Source of the DNA: Polyangia bacterium
GTDB taxonomy: Bacteria; Myxococcota_A; Polyangia; Palsa-1104; JAEUJZ01
Length of the DNA: 64,000 nt
NCBI GenBank assembly: GCA_046351595.1
Contig: JAXLYE010000005.1
Coordinates: 788,735 to 852,734 of the forward strand
Direction: 5' to 3'
Shown here: positions 8,704-18,958 of the stretch, one piece after another
Layout of the letters: the number at the start of each line of letters is the position of its first letter
Numbering within the stretch: the stretch's first letter is position 1
Made by a program: the position numbers and the translations under genes
The notes under the pieces: model-generated
The model's input: the letters and a program-made list of their open reading frames with translations, nothing else
Databases searched by the model: none
What the model was told of the DNA's origin: nothing

Positions 8704-10302
8704 ATGACTGTGTCCAATCCGATTGAAGCGAGCAGAGAGTTCTTGCGGGAGTATGTTGCTGAGACAGACCCCGACGAGCTGGTCAATGCGCTTGAGGCCG
8801 GCGTCATGGTGAACGCCGGCCCCTTCTTGCAAGCCCTCAAGAGCGTGGAGCACCTGCTCGCCCACCCGCCTCCGGGGGACACGCTGGTCCAGCTGGTGAC
8901 CGTGGATGCCGGCATCCGGCTGGAGGACCCGTGCGGCGAGAGCGCTCGGAGCTGGCTGGAGTGGCTGGCGCGGCAGATCCGGATAGAGCTGGAGGAGAAC
9001 CTTTTGCCCTTCCAGCCCATGCGCGCGCAGCTTGTGCGGAGCGCGCCGCCGGCCGATGAGCGGTTTCCGCACGATCTGCGGCTCTACCCCACGGACGAGC
9101 CCTGGCCGGAGTGTTGGAATCCGGTCTGGGGAAAGAACGTTTTTTATTCCGCGTTCAGGAAGGAATGGGACGGCCGCACCTGCCCCAGCTGCAGAACCCC
9201 CACGGTGCAATGTACCGCTGAGCGCAAGGACAGCAGCGAGACCGACCGCTCCCGCGCGTATCCCGAGCGCGTCGCCGTCTACCGATGCACCCGCTGTCGC
9301 TGCGGCTGGACAGAGCGCACCGAAGGGAGCGGCGCGCCCGGGAAGGCACAGCCCCAGGCACCGCTCCTCCTTTTTGCACAGGGCGGCTCGGTGCTCCTGC
9401 GGTCTGCCAGCGGCACGGTGATCGGCCTGGACTTCACCACGCTCGCGCCGCGTTATGTGTGCGCCGGGCGGCTCATCGGCGTCAGCGGATCCGGCCGGAT
9501 CCTGGCAACGGAAAAGGAGCCCGGTGTCTTTGCGTTCTGGGACAGCGCAAGCGGACAGGAAAGAGCGCTGGGCCAGGCCGACATCGCGGACTTCCCTTTC
9601 GAGGTCCGCTACCGCGTGAGCTTGAGGCAGACAGCGGGCGGGCGGTACGAAGGGTTCTGGACTGACATCACCGGTCAGGACGCTCCTTTGCTCTTTTCGA
9701 TCCGCCCGTCCGGGACGACCCGGAGCGAGCAGATCGACAACTGGACCGTGGTGTCCGCGCGTCGCTGGCTGGCCCTTGCGTGGTCCTGGCAGGACGCAGA
9801 CTTCGATGGCTCGTTCGGCAGCTACTACTCCCCTTCCGGAGACACCCCGGCCCGTGTCACCCTGAAGGTTTCTCGCTTCCACTCCGTCCCTCCGATGTAC
9901 TTTTCGCGCCAGCACGACTGGCTGGTCACGGGTGAGCAGACCGGCTTCAATGTATATGTGGCATCGACCGGACAGCCCGTCGGCACCGGTGCCGGAAAGT
10001 TCGATCTGCTGGATGGCGGCGGAGACCTCGTGGCGTTTCACCCCCAGCAGCGGTCCTGGCTGGCCGTCAACCGCCGTCCCTATCTGACCAGGGACCGAGA
10101 CAAACAGGGATTCCGCCTGCTCGACATCGCCGTCCCCACGAGCGAGGCCCGCGAGCTGCGGAGCTTCCCTGAGCCCCGGCCGGTCGCGTACCTGGCCTTC
10201 CACCCAAGCGGTGAGTGGATCGCTGCCTTGCTCGATGACGGGACGATCCACATCTGGGAGACGGCGACCGGGCACAGGCGCTCCGATGCGGCCGCGGAGT
10301 AG
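8704..10302 (+). CDS. Hypothetical protein with a zinc-ribbon (CPSC...CTRCRC) and a C-terminal WD40-like beta-propeller region.
   Basis: Diverse amino-acid composition with Trp/Phe/Tyr. The last repeat reads DGTIHIWE. The fully overlapping antisense 624-aa ORF is Arg/Gly-rich junk. The start is either ATG 8704 or the upstream 8665. Confidence 0.55.
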   Translation: MTVSNPIEASREFLREYVAETDPDELVNALEAGVMVNAGPFLQALKSVEHLLAHPPPGDTLVQLVTVDAGIRLEDPCGESARSWLEWLARQIRIELEENLLPFQPMRAQLVRSAPPADERFPHDLRLYPTDEPWPECWNPVWGKNVFYSAFRKEWDGRTCPSCRTPTVQCTAERKDSSETDRSRAYPERVAVYRCTRCRCGWTERTEGSGAPGKAQPQAPLLLFAQGGSVLLRSASGTVIGLDFTTLAPRYVCAGRLIGVSGSGRILATEKEPGVFAFWDSASGQERALGQADIADFPFEVRYRVSLRQTAGGRYEGFWTDITGQDAPLLFSIRPSGTTRSEQIDNWTVVSARRWLALAWSWQDADFDGSFGSYYSPSGDTPARVTLKVSRFHSVPPMYFSRQHDWLVTGEQTGFNVYVASTGQPVGTGAGKFDLLDGGGDLVAFHPQQRSWLAVNRRPYLTRDRDKQGFRLLDIAVPTSEARELRSFPEPRPVAYLAFHPSGEWIAALLDDGTIHIWETATGHRRSDAAAE

Positions 10303-10376
10303 CAGCAGATCGTCGGTGGCGCGTGTCTGCTCGGCTGCTTGGAAGGAGCTCCGCGACGTTCCTGTCTTCGTGGCCG

Positions 10377-10739
10377 TTACGGAGCCTCCGGCGCCGTTGC
10401 GGCATCGAGCTCGCTGCCGGCGGTCTCGGGGAGCCACCACAGGATGAGCAGGAGCGCGACGGCCGGGAATGCGGCCGACAGAAGGAGCGTGCGACGCCAC
10501 CCCAGCGCCGGGACCAGCTCGGCCACCAGGAGCGGCGCCAGCACGAAGCCCAGGCGACCGAGCAGGCTGTTGGCCCAGCCGAAGCAGTCGCCGCGCAGCG
10601 CGGTCGGGAAGCTCTCGGCGGTCCAGGTGCTGAGCAGCGTCACCGCCGCGGCCATCCCCCCGATCAGCAGCAGCATCGCGCCCGGCAGCAGCGGCTCCGG
10701 AACCTGCGTATAGGCGCCGAGCACGCCGAGCGCCGTCAA
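10377..10739 (-). pseudogene. MFS transporter, C-terminal about 120 aa fragment only.
   Basis: ESFPTALRG..FGWANSLLGRLGFVLAPLLV is the typical last MFS helices. An in-frame stop lies immediately upstream and no hydrophobic continuation exists in any frame. It abuts the mcrB upstream region. Confidence 0.55.
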
Positions 10740-10815
10740 CCGGCCGCCCGTGCTATATCGCCTTGGCCGCCAGCAGTCGGCTCGGAATCACGGACGCGCA
10801 AAGAAGGAGTGAGCC

Positions 10816-12645
10816 TTGGCGAACCAGGACCTAGCCAGCGAGCGGGCGGCAACGGAGCGTCGGTACTTTGCCGGCGGCATCTACTGGGACAAGGAGCGCA
10901 AGGTCGAGGAGTTCCTTGAAGGCTCCTACTGGCAGCTCGGTCACAAGCCAGACACCACGGATCCGGCCGGGCAGCGCGCCTGGGGCGTATTTCAGCAGAT
11001 CCGGGCGGGCGACTGGCTCGCCATCAAAGGGCTCGGCGGGCGCTACGATCTGAAGGTCTACCTCGTCGGCGAGGTGAAGCGGATCGACCGCAAGAGCGGG
11101 CGGCTCGAGCTAAAGAAGCTGACGGTGCCGCTTTATCACGGAAAGGCGCCTTCTTCCGGCGCGGGCGGCCGGCACTGGTTCGATGCCCTGCTCGAGATCA
11201 AGGAGCCGGCAGCGATCGCTGCGATCTTCCAGCAGGCAGCACCGCGCAATGCAGCGCCTTCCGGAGCGCCGCACATTGAGCCGTGGAGCCCGCAGAACCT
11301 GATCCTGTTCGGCCCTCCGGGCACGGGCAAGACACACACGCTACAGCGGATCCTGGACCAACATTTCGGGCCGATCGAGAGCCTCAGCAGCGACGATGAA
11401 CGGCTGCAGGAGCACGCACGGTCCCTGACGTGGTTTGAAGCGGTTGCGCTGGCCCTGAACGACATCGCAGAAGCAGCCACGGTACCCAGGCTGAGCGCTC
11501 ACCCGCTAATCCAGGCCAAGAGCGCGGTCAGCCAGCGGAGCCACCTCGGCCCTGCGATGTGGGCGATCTTGCAGGCCCATACCGTTCAAGGCTCCACGAC
11601 CGTCAACTACTCCCATCGTACGGACCCGCTGATCTTCGACAAGGGAGAGGACGGAGCGTGGCGGATCGTCGAGGCGCTGCCCGACTACCTGCACGCCCGG
11701 GCAGAAGAGATCTTCGGCACCGAAGATCGGACGCCGCCGAAGCCGCGCTCTGCGTTCGTGACCTTCCACCAGTCCTTCTCGTACGAAGACTTCGTCGAGG
11801 GCATCCGTCCGAACCTGGAGGAGGATCAAGAAGGAGGAGCCGACAGGCTGGCCTACCTCTTGGTCGAGGGCGTCTTATTGGACGCAGCCAGGAGCGCGCT
11901 CGCGCTGGCCGAGTATCCCGGCACCGTGCACGAGTTCTGCACGAAGCAGACAAGGGAAGAGCGCCATGCGCAGACCGCCGGCAAGCCGCAGTACGCCCTC
12001 GCCATCGACGAGATCAACCGCGGCAACGTGTCGCGCATCTTCGGCGAGCTGATCTCGCTGATCGAGCCGAGCAAGCGGCTGGGCGAGCACAACGAGCTGA
12101 TCGTGACGCTGCCGTACTCGCGGCTGAAGTTCGGCGTGCCGGCGAACCTGTGCTTCCTGGGCACCATGAACACCGCGGACCGCAGCATCGAGTCGCTGGA
12201 CACGGCGCTGCGGCGGCGCTTCCGGTTCAAGGAGATGCGGCCGGACTACGAGCTGCTCGACGGCGTAGTCGTCGACGGAGTTGACGTGAAGCGGCTGCTC
12301 GAGCGGATCAACGCGCGCCTGGCCGTGCTGCGCGATCGCGACCACCAGATCGGGCACGCCTACTTCTGGCCGCTGAAGCAGACGCCGACCCTGCCGCTCT
12401 TGCGCGAGATCTTCCAGAACGAGATCATCCCGCTCCTGCAGGAGTACTTCTACAGCGACTACAACAAGCTGGCGCTGGTGCTCGGGCTGGACTTTTTCAG
12501 GAAGACCGAGCCGGCGGTCTTCCCAAGCGGCGTCGACAGCGAGCTATTCGAGGATCTGAAGGATGTGCGGCGGTACGAGCTGCACCCGGCCAGCGAGCTG
12601 GCGGCGCTGCCTCCTGACTCCTTCCGCAAGATCTACGAAGGCTGA
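10816..12645 (+). CDS. mcrB: McrB-family GTPase (AAA+ subunit of a 5-methylcytosine-dependent restriction system) with a divergent N-terminal DNA-recognition domain.
   Basis: LILFGPPGTGKT (Walker A), FHQSFSYEDFVEG, IDEINRGNVSRIFGELISLIE, NLCFLGTMNTADRS and RRRF are McrB hallmarks. The first roughly 150 aa (GDWLAIKG...LKVYLVGEVKRI) may be EVE/PUA-like rather than the canonical McrB-N. Confidence 0.85.
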   Translation: MANQDLASERAATERRYFAGGIYWDKERKVEEFLEGSYWQLGHKPDTTDPAGQRAWGVFQQIRAGDWLAIKGLGGRYDLKVYLVGEVKRIDRKSGRLELKKLTVPLYHGKAPSSGAGGRHWFDALLEIKEPAAIAAIFQQAAPRNAAPSGAPHIEPWSPQNLILFGPPGTGKTHTLQRILDQHFGPIESLSSDDERLQEHARSLTWFEAVALALNDIAEAATVPRLSAHPLIQAKSAVSQRSHLGPAMWAILQAHTVQGSTTVNYSHRTDPLIFDKGEDGAWRIVEALPDYLHARAEEIFGTEDRTPPKPRSAFVTFHQSFSYEDFVEGIRPNLEEDQEGGADRLAYLLVEGVLLDAARSALALAEYPGTVHEFCTKQTREERHAQTAGKPQYALAIDEINRGNVSRIFGELISLIEPSKRLGEHNELIVTLPYSRLKFGVPANLCFLGTMNTADRSIESLDTALRRRFRFKEMRPDYELLDGVVVDGVDVKRLLERINARLAVLRDRDHQIGHAYFWPLKQTPTLPLLREIFQNEIIPLLQEYFYSDYNKLALVLGLDFFRKTEPAVFPSGVDSELFEDLKDVRRYELHPASELAALPPDSFRKIYEG

Positions 12646-12651
12646 GTAGCC

Positions 12652-13947
12652 GTGCGCGGCGCAGTCCAAGTCTTTGAGCACCAGCGGCTCGCGATCGGAG
12701 CGCGCTGCCGCACCAGCCTTCTCGGCACGGAGATCGAGTTCACGCGCGCGCACTTCGAGGCGCTGACCCGCTACGCGGAGCGGCACACCTCGCCGCCGTT
12801 TTTCATCCGCCACCGCGCGATCGTCTTCAAGCAGTACGTCGGCGTGGTCCAGGTCGGCGGCCTGACGATCGAGATCCTGCCGAAGGTCGATCGGGAGCCC
12901 GCGGGCGCGGATCCGCAGCCCAAGCTGTGGCGGAATCTTCTGCTGCAGATGCTGCGGCTCTGTCCGCAGCTCGGCCTGCGCGAGCTGCGGCGGGCCCAGC
13001 TCGGGATCGAGCCGGAGGATCTGCTGGACCTGTACGTCGCGCGCTTCCTTGTGGAGGTGGAGCGCCTGCTGCACGAAGGGCTCGCGCGCAGCTACCGGAC
13101 GGTCGAGCAGGACCGCACCGCGTTCTGCGGCCGGCTGCTCGTCGTCGAGAACCTGCGCAGGAACCTGGTCCACGCCGAGCGCGTCTACGTCGCCACGCAC
13201 GAGCTGGGACCCGATCGACTAGAGAACCGCATCCTATGGCAGGCCTTGCGGGTGCTGAGCGGGCTGCGCCTCCGCAGCGCGCTCGCCGAGCGTGCGCAGC
13301 AGCTGCTGCGCGAGTTTCCTCCGGTCGGCACACGGGCCGTGTCGAGCGAGGACTTCGCGCGGATCGCGCCCGGCCGCCACACCGACCGCTACGAGGAAGC
13401 GCTGGCGCTGGCGCGCCTGATCCTCTTGCACTACTGCCCGGCGCCCAAGGCCGGAGCCGCGGACACGCTGGCGCTGCTCGTCGACATGAACCGGCTGTTC
13501 CAGGGCTTCGTGCTGGCGGTGCTGCGGCGGGTCGCTCCTCCAGGCTGGTCGGTCGACGGCCGCGCGCACGCGGACTTCTGGCCCGACGGAGCGGACGAGC
13601 CCAAGCGGCTGCTCCCGGACATCGTGCTGCGGCGTGATGGGAAGCCGGCGCTGATCGTCGACACCAAGTGGAAGCTGTCGGACGGGCAGTGGCCGTCGGA
13701 CGCGGATCTGCGCCAGGTCTTTGCGTACGGCGAGTACTTCGGCGCTCCGCGCGTGGCGCTCTTGTATCCGGCGCGCGGCCAGCAGCCTCCGGGGCGCACC
13801 GGCCGGTTCCTGAGCCGCGCGCTGCACGGCGAGATCCACCACCTGGACCTCTTCGTCGCGGGCGCTGGGCCGGAGCGGCTCGACGCCAGCCGGGTCGGTG
13901 AGCGGCTGTGGCGGCAGCTCGTCCCGGGGACGCTGACCGATCGGTAG
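12652..13947 (+). CDS. mcrC: McrC-family PD-(D/E)xK endonuclease subunit.
   Basis: It lies 7 bp downstream of mcrB. LPDIVLRRDGKPALIVDTKWK is the D...D-x-K catalytic motif. Length 431 aa. The start is GTG according to the ORF track. Confidence 0.8.
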   Translation: MRGAVQVFEHQRLAIGARCRTSLLGTEIEFTRAHFEALTRYAERHTSPPFFIRHRAIVFKQYVGVVQVGGLTIEILPKVDREPAGADPQPKLWRNLLLQMLRLCPQLGLRELRRAQLGIEPEDLLDLYVARFLVEVERLLHEGLARSYRTVEQDRTAFCGRLLVVENLRRNLVHAERVYVATHELGPDRLENRILWQALRVLSGLRLRSALAERAQQLLREFPPVGTRAVSSEDFARIAPGRHTDRYEEALALARLILLHYCPAPKAGAADTLALLVDMNRLFQGFVLAVLRRVAPPGWSVDGRAHADFWPDGADEPKRLLPDIVLRRDGKPALIVDTKWKLSDGQWPSDADLRQVFAYGEYFGAPRVALLYPARGQQPPGRTGRFLSRALHGEIHHLDLFVAGAGPERLDASRVGERLWRQLVPGTLTDR

Positions 13948-14013
13948 CGGGCCGCGGGCGCATCCGCGGCCGACCTCCGAAGGATCCGACGGCGCATCTC
14001 GCGCCGTTGACGC

Positions 14014-14772
14014 GTGGGCGCGTTGGACGAAGCAGCTTCCCACACGGCTCAAGGCGAGCCGCGGTTATCCTTGAGCACGATGAGCGTGTCAGCCGACTCG
14101 ATCCTGGCGGCGATTCGCCAGGCTGCCGCCGCGGGTTACTCCGAGCGCCTCGATCTGCTCGCGAGGGCGGCGCAGCTCACCCGCTCGTTCTGCCGCAAGC
14201 TGACCCGGGTCGAGGCCAGGCGCGCACGCGCGGTCCTCGTCGCCGTGCTCGAGATGCCGCTGGTCGGCAAGTGCGCGCTGCAGTGCTGCAACGCCTCGTA
14301 CGTACACGCGGTCCAGCTCGAGGCCAAGAGCGACGTGCTGGCCGCGTATGCCCACCTCGATGCGGACGCGGTCATCGAGCTCTCCCCGGGGCTCCTGGCG
14401 CGGCTCGCGGCTCCAGAGTCACGGCGCATCGCGCTCGCGGCCGTAAAACTGATCGGACGCTCGCCGGAGGGACGTCGCGTGCATGCCGCGCTGCTGCTGG
14501 GCGCCCTGGTGCACAGCCGCTGGCAGGTCGTCGAGTCCGCGGCGTGCAGCCTCGGCAGGCTGGGCCTGGATGCACCTGACCGGGCGCGAGGTGCTCTGGC
14601 GCAGGCGCTGCGACACGAGCAGTGGCAGGTTAGGCGCGCCGCGGCCAAGGCGCTGGGCGCGATCACAGGAGGGAGGCACGCCGCGCTCGATCGCGCCGCA
14701 GAGCGCGATACACACACCGCGGTCCGCTATGCGGCCTGCAAGGCGATCGGCAAGAAGCTACCGTGGCCGTGA
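14014..14772 (+). CDS. HEAT-repeat (PBS-lyase-like) protein.
   Basis: Three tandem HEAT-like units (HSRWQVVESAACSLGRLG, HEQWQVRRAAAKALGAI, DTHTAVRYAACKAIGK). It lies between mcrC and the CHAT gene. Confidence 0.6.
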   Translation: MGALDEAASHTAQGEPRLSLSTMSVSADSILAAIRQAAAAGYSERLDLLARAAQLTRSFCRKLTRVEARRARAVLVAVLEMPLVGKCALQCCNASYVHAVQLEAKSDVLAAYAHLDADAVIELSPGLLARLAAPESRRIALAAVKLIGRSPEGRRVHAALLLGALVHSRWQVVESAACSLGRLGLDAPDRARGALAQALRHEQWQVRRAAAKALGAITGGRHAALDRAAERDTHTAVRYAACKAIGKKLPWP

Positions 14773-15335
14773 ATCAAGGCAGCTCAGAGTGTCTTGGCTT
14801 TATCGGCGCACCAGCCGCTTGCGCCGCACCACCTGCGGTCTGCTTGATCCCTGCAGCAGGCCGGGCGCTCCCGCCTGCCCGCGGGGCAGCGCCGCAGCAG
14901 ACGGCCCTTGATCGGAGCGCTCATACTCCGCGAACGGATGGATGTAGCCGACGCGGAGGAGACGCCGCTCGAGCTCGGGGTCATCATTAGGACTCCGAGT
15001 GGTTAGGTTCCTTGTTTAGAGCCATGATTGCTCGCCTACGGCATTCACCGCCCTTGGCATTCAGGCTGGAGCGCCGGAGGCCAGAGCAGCCTTCTGTGAC
15101 TGTCGGACCTTCTCGGAGGCAACGTCGGCATCTAGCCGTAGCCGGCGACGGCATCCGTGCTCTGCGCGCCTGGCGGCAGGTCGCGCTCACGCGTATCTTG
15201 TGGCGGCATCGCCGGCAGGGACCTGGCCAAGTCTGCCGGCCGGCGCTGCCGGGTCGGGAGGGACCAAGGGCGATCGCCTCGGCATCCAGGTTGCTTCGTG
15301 ACCCCTGCAGCCGAACGAGCAAGGGAGCCACGAGC

Positions 15336-17948
15336 GTGCAGCACAGAGGCCGGGTCTTCAGATGGGTTTGGGTCGCTGCGCTCGCTGCTGCGCTGTGGCT
15401 GTCCTCACTCCTCTTCAAGGGGGTTCCTGAGCGCCCCGCTTCGCCGCCCAACCCGGTGCGGCAGGCGCTGCGGCTCTGCAATGATCCGATTCTGCGGAAC
15501 CAGCCCGCGCAGAGCGCCGCCGCATGCGAGCTGGTGGCAGCGGCGGAGCCGGACGAGCCGAGACAGCCTGGCGCCTACGTGCGCGCGCTCACCGTGCTCG
15601 GCCACCTGCACGATGTGCACATGGCGCTCGCCACCTACGAGCGCGGGGACTTTGTGCTGCTCCGGCGGAGCCAGCGGAAGCCGCTGACCAAGACGGCCCC
15701 GTCTCCCCCCGAAGAGCATCTCCTCGGGCTGGCGCGCGCCCTCTCGGCGCTGCAGGCGTCGCCGGGACCGGAAGGCGGCGGTCCTGATCTGTACCAGGCC
15801 GTTCTCCAGCAGCTCGGAGAGAGCCCGAGCGCGACCCAGCTGAGCAACCTGTCGCTGTTCTTTCTGCAGGACCCGCGCTCCTTCGAGCTCTCCCGCGTGC
15901 TCGCGCTGCAGGCCTTCGATCGCGGACTGCGTACCGGCGGGTCTCGGAGCCGGATGGAGGCGCGGATGCTGGCGAACCTGGGGCTCATCCTTGCTATGGG
16001 AGGGTACGAGGACAGGGCGCTTCGGCAGTACGAACTGGCGCTGAAGATCTATCGTAGCTGGCCCGAAGATCCCGACGTACCGATCCTCCTGAACAACATG
16101 GCCCTGCTCCAGGCGAGGTGTGCGGATCCCGATGGGGCCGACACGCTCTATCGCCAGGCGAGCGCCCTGGTCGAGAAGCAGGATATCGAGGGGCGAACGC
16201 TCCGCTCGCTGATCCTGATGAACCAGGCCGCCCAGGCTGTCGCGCGCGGGCGGCTTGTGGATGCGGTGCCGGTGCTGGAGCAGGTCGCGTCGCTCCAGGA
16301 GTCGCTCCTTCGTGCGTCACGCAGCGAGCAGCGCATCCAGGCCGTGCTGATTCAACAGGAGTCCGTTCAGCAGTTCATCTACGGGCTGCTGCTGCGGCCT
16401 GGCCCCGTGCCGGAGCGCCTGGCGCAGCTCGCCCTCCGCCTCAGCCTCACCTTCAAGGGAAGTACGGCGGAGGCCAGCGCGCGCCGCGCCGCACCGGACG
16501 ACCCCGAGCTGCGCGCGCTACAGACCGCGTGGGACAGCCTGCACGCCGAGCGCGAGCACCTCTTGTTCAGCGGTGCCAGAGAGTCGGACGCAGCGCAGCG
16601 ATCCGCGCGCCGGCAGGAGCTCGATCTGCGCATCCAGAAGCTTGAGCACGAGCTCTCGGTGGCGTCCAGAACGCTTGCACCTGACTGGCCGCAGCTCGAG
16701 GACATCACGGAGTCTGTCGCCGTCAAGCTCCCTGCGGGCAGCGCGCTGCTGGAGGTGATCGTTGTGGTTCCCTATGTCCTTGACGAAGAGGCCAGGGGCG
16801 CATCTGCCGGGCGCTGGGGCCAGGCTCACTATGTGGCGCTCCTCTTGACCCCGGACCGAGACGTTACGGTCCACATGCTCGGAACCGAGGAGGAGATCGA
16901 TCGCCGGGTCGCAGAGCTCCTGCTGCGGCTCCAGGATCCCAGCAGTGATCCCCTGCCGGCCGCGCATGCGCTGCACCAGCAGGTGATGCAGCCGCTGATG
17001 CAGCGCCTGCACAGAGTGTCCCGGATCTACCTGTCGCTCGACGGCGCGCTCAACGCGGTTCCCATTGCCGCGCTCCATGACGGAGCGCAGTACCTGCTGC
17101 ACCGCTTCAAGCTCAGCTACCTGTCGTCTGGCCGTGAGCTCCTGCGCACTCCGGATGCCACGTCGAAGGGGCCGGCTCTTATCCTGGCCGATCCCGTGCC
17201 GCTCATGCCAGCTGCCGCAGACGGTGCAGCGGGCTCGATCTACTCGCAGCTCGGTGGGCTGCCGCGGCTTCCTGGAGCTCGCCGAGAGGCGGAGCGGCTG
17301 GCAGGGCTCTTATCCAGGGCCACGGTCCTGCTGGGAGCGGAGGCCTCCGAGTCCGCGCTCAAGCGGGCCGGCGCGCCGCCCATCTTGCACATCGCCACGC
17401 ACGGCGCCTTCTTGGAGGGAGCGCTGCGGATCCAGGCGTCCGCGCGCGGGCTCCGCCCGCTGACCGGGCCGCTGCAGGGACAGGATGTGGACCGGGTGCT
17501 GGGCCGCGGAGCCGAAGAGCCGCTGATCCGCTCGGCGCTCGTGCTGTCTCGCGGCCTGCCTGACAAGACGCCCGTCGATGAGGATGGGCTGGTCACGGCC
17601 GAGGAGGTACGCGCTCTGAACCTGCGCGGCACCGAGCTTGTAGTGCTCGCGACCTGTGAGAGCGGACGCGGCACAGCGAGCGCGGGTCAGGGCATCTACG
17701 GACTCCGGCGCGCCTTCTTCGCAGCGGGCGCCCAGACCCTGGTCGTCAGCCTGTGGCGGATCGCTGACGGAGAGACCAGTGAATTGATGGCTCGGTACTA
17801 CCAGAAGCTGGTCAAGGAGCGGAGGCCGCGAGCCAGAGCGCTGCAAGAAGCCGAGCAGGAGCTTCAGCGCAGGAGGCCGCACCCGTACTACTGGGCGCCG
17901 TTCGTCGCCATCGGTCAGGACGCACCGCTCAGCCTGAGCAGCCGTTGA
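15336..17948 (+). CDS. TPR-repeat protein with a C-terminal CHAT (caspase-like) protease domain.
   Basis: The C-terminus carries the CHAT hallmarks LHIATHG, ATCESG and YYWAPFV. The N-terminal roughly 500 aa is TPR-like. A GTG at 15336 preceded by an AAGGGAG RBS is the most plausible start. The ORF is open from 15012. Confidence 0.8.
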   Translation: MQHRGRVFRWVWVAALAAALWLSSLLFKGVPERPASPPNPVRQALRLCNDPILRNQPAQSAAACELVAAAEPDEPRQPGAYVRALTVLGHLHDVHMALATYERGDFVLLRRSQRKPLTKTAPSPPEEHLLGLARALSALQASPGPEGGGPDLYQAVLQQLGESPSATQLSNLSLFFLQDPRSFELSRVLALQAFDRGLRTGGSRSRMEARMLANLGLILAMGGYEDRALRQYELALKIYRSWPEDPDVPILLNNMALLQARCADPDGADTLYRQASALVEKQDIEGRTLRSLILMNQAAQAVARGRLVDAVPVLEQVASLQESLLRASRSEQRIQAVLIQQESVQQFIYGLLLRPGPVPERLAQLALRLSLTFKGSTAEASARRAAPDDPELRALQTAWDSLHAEREHLLFSGARESDAAQRSARRQELDLRIQKLEHELSVASRTLAPDWPQLEDITESVAVKLPAGSALLEVIVVVPYVLDEEARGASAGRWGQAHYVALLLTPDRDVTVHMLGTEEEIDRRVAELLLRLQDPSSDPLPAAHALHQQVMQPLMQRLHRVSRIYLSLDGALNAVPIAALHDGAQYLLHRFKLSYLSSGRELLRTPDATSKGPALILADPVPLMPAAADGAAGSIYSQLGGLPRLPGARREAERLAGLLSRATVLLGAEASESALKRAGAPPILHIATHGAFLEGALRIQASARGLRPLTGPLQGQDVDRVLGRGAEEPLIRSALVLSRGLPDKTPVDEDGLVTAEEVRALNLRGTELVVLATCESGRGTASAGQGIYGLRRAFFAAGAQTLVVSLWRIADGETSELMARYYQKLVKERRPRARALQEAEQELQRRRPHPYYWAPFVAIGQDAPLSLSSR

Positions 17949-18133
17949 GGAAGTACGGCTGCCGATGGTAGCAGTTCAGCCCACACGAACTCCTGTCCAG
18001 GACCGCTCCCTGATCCCCTCCTGATCCCCGCCTGGGACCGATTCTTCGGAGGGGATTTGTGAGCTTGTGAAAGGCTTTACTGTTTGGGTAAGATCAAGAC
18101 AGACAAAGCCGACTCGGGCAGTAACGGGGCGAG

Positions 18134-18958
18134 ATGAAGAAGTGGATCTTGCTGAGCATTTTGTTTGGAGCAGTCGTTCCAAGAAAAGCTGCGGCCGAGC
18201 CTCCTCCGCAGCTTGCCGTGCGGGACAGGACCGCGCTTCGAGGTTGGGCACATATCAAGTTCGGCCAAGATATCGGATACACGATCACGAACGGCGTGGA
18301 TACCATCGCATTCTTACGTGTGCCGCCCCAGTTCCGGAAGGATATCGAGTCGATGCAGAGCCCTGATGGCCGCAGCTACCCGAGGGTCATCTTGAGCTGT
18401 GCCAACGAGATGTACGCGGTGATTGGCGATTTCGGGGGCAGGCAAGACGCGAAGACATTGGCCCCCATGACTGCTTTCGGTTGTCCACGCAGCGATGCCG
18501 AGCACTTCGAGTTTCCCGACGAAGAAGACTTTCAGGAACTGGTTTCTGTGCGAGAGCCTAGGCGCTTCCTACATTGGGATGGTAACAAGAGTCGTCGAGG
18601 GCCGGTCGCGATGTATGCTTCAGACGAAGAGACCCTGGTCGTTCAAGCTGCACTCCCTGCAGCTGACCGTACTGAAGCGGGCATCCGCAAAAAGGTGCAA
18701 GCGCTGGTCTGTAGAGATGAGCAAAGCGAAGGCCTTCGGGTCGAGACCCGGAGCGGCGTCAGGCTTTTTATAGGACATGACGGTACGGAGGCAGTCGCCG
18801 CTCGGTTCCTCTCCTGTGAACGTGGCACGCTGTTCATCATCAGCAGAGTCGAGAAGGGCAGCCAGGAAAGAGCGGTCTCGAACGCGCTGCAAGTGATCTG
18901 TCGAGCGGGCAAGTCCCAGTCGCTCCGATCACTCGTCAAGCCAGCGCCAGGCACATGA
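18134..18958 (+). CDS. Secreted hypothetical protein, in a lower-GC patch.
   Basis: MKKWILLSILFGAVV is a signal peptide. There is no family match. Local GC is about 55% against about 70% background. Confidence 0.55.
   Translation: MKKWILLSILFGAVVPRKAAAEPPPQLAVRDRTALRGWAHIKFGQDIGYTITNGVDTIAFLRVPPQFRKDIESMQSPDGRSYPRVILSCANEMYAVIGDFGGRQDAKTLAPMTAFGCPRSDAEHFEFPDEEDFQELVSVREPRRFLHWDGNKSRRGPVAMYASDEETLVVQAALPAADRTEAGIRKKVQALVCRDEQSEGLRVETRSGVRLFIGHDGTEAVAARFLSCERGTLFIISRVEKGSQERAVSNALQVICRAGKSQSLRSLVKPAPGT

Noticed and set aside
8626-10500. Long antisense ORFs: 8626..10500, 1016..2215, 7120..8625, 12827..13963, 19894..21417, 34994..36232, 36116..38620, 40436..44326 and 49674..51725. Most are on the minus strand and lie opposite real genes.
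   Set aside because: They are Arg/Gly/Ala-rich low-complexity translations typical of the reverse strand of high-GC genes. They carry no motifs. The opposite-strand genes have clear domains and GC3 bias.
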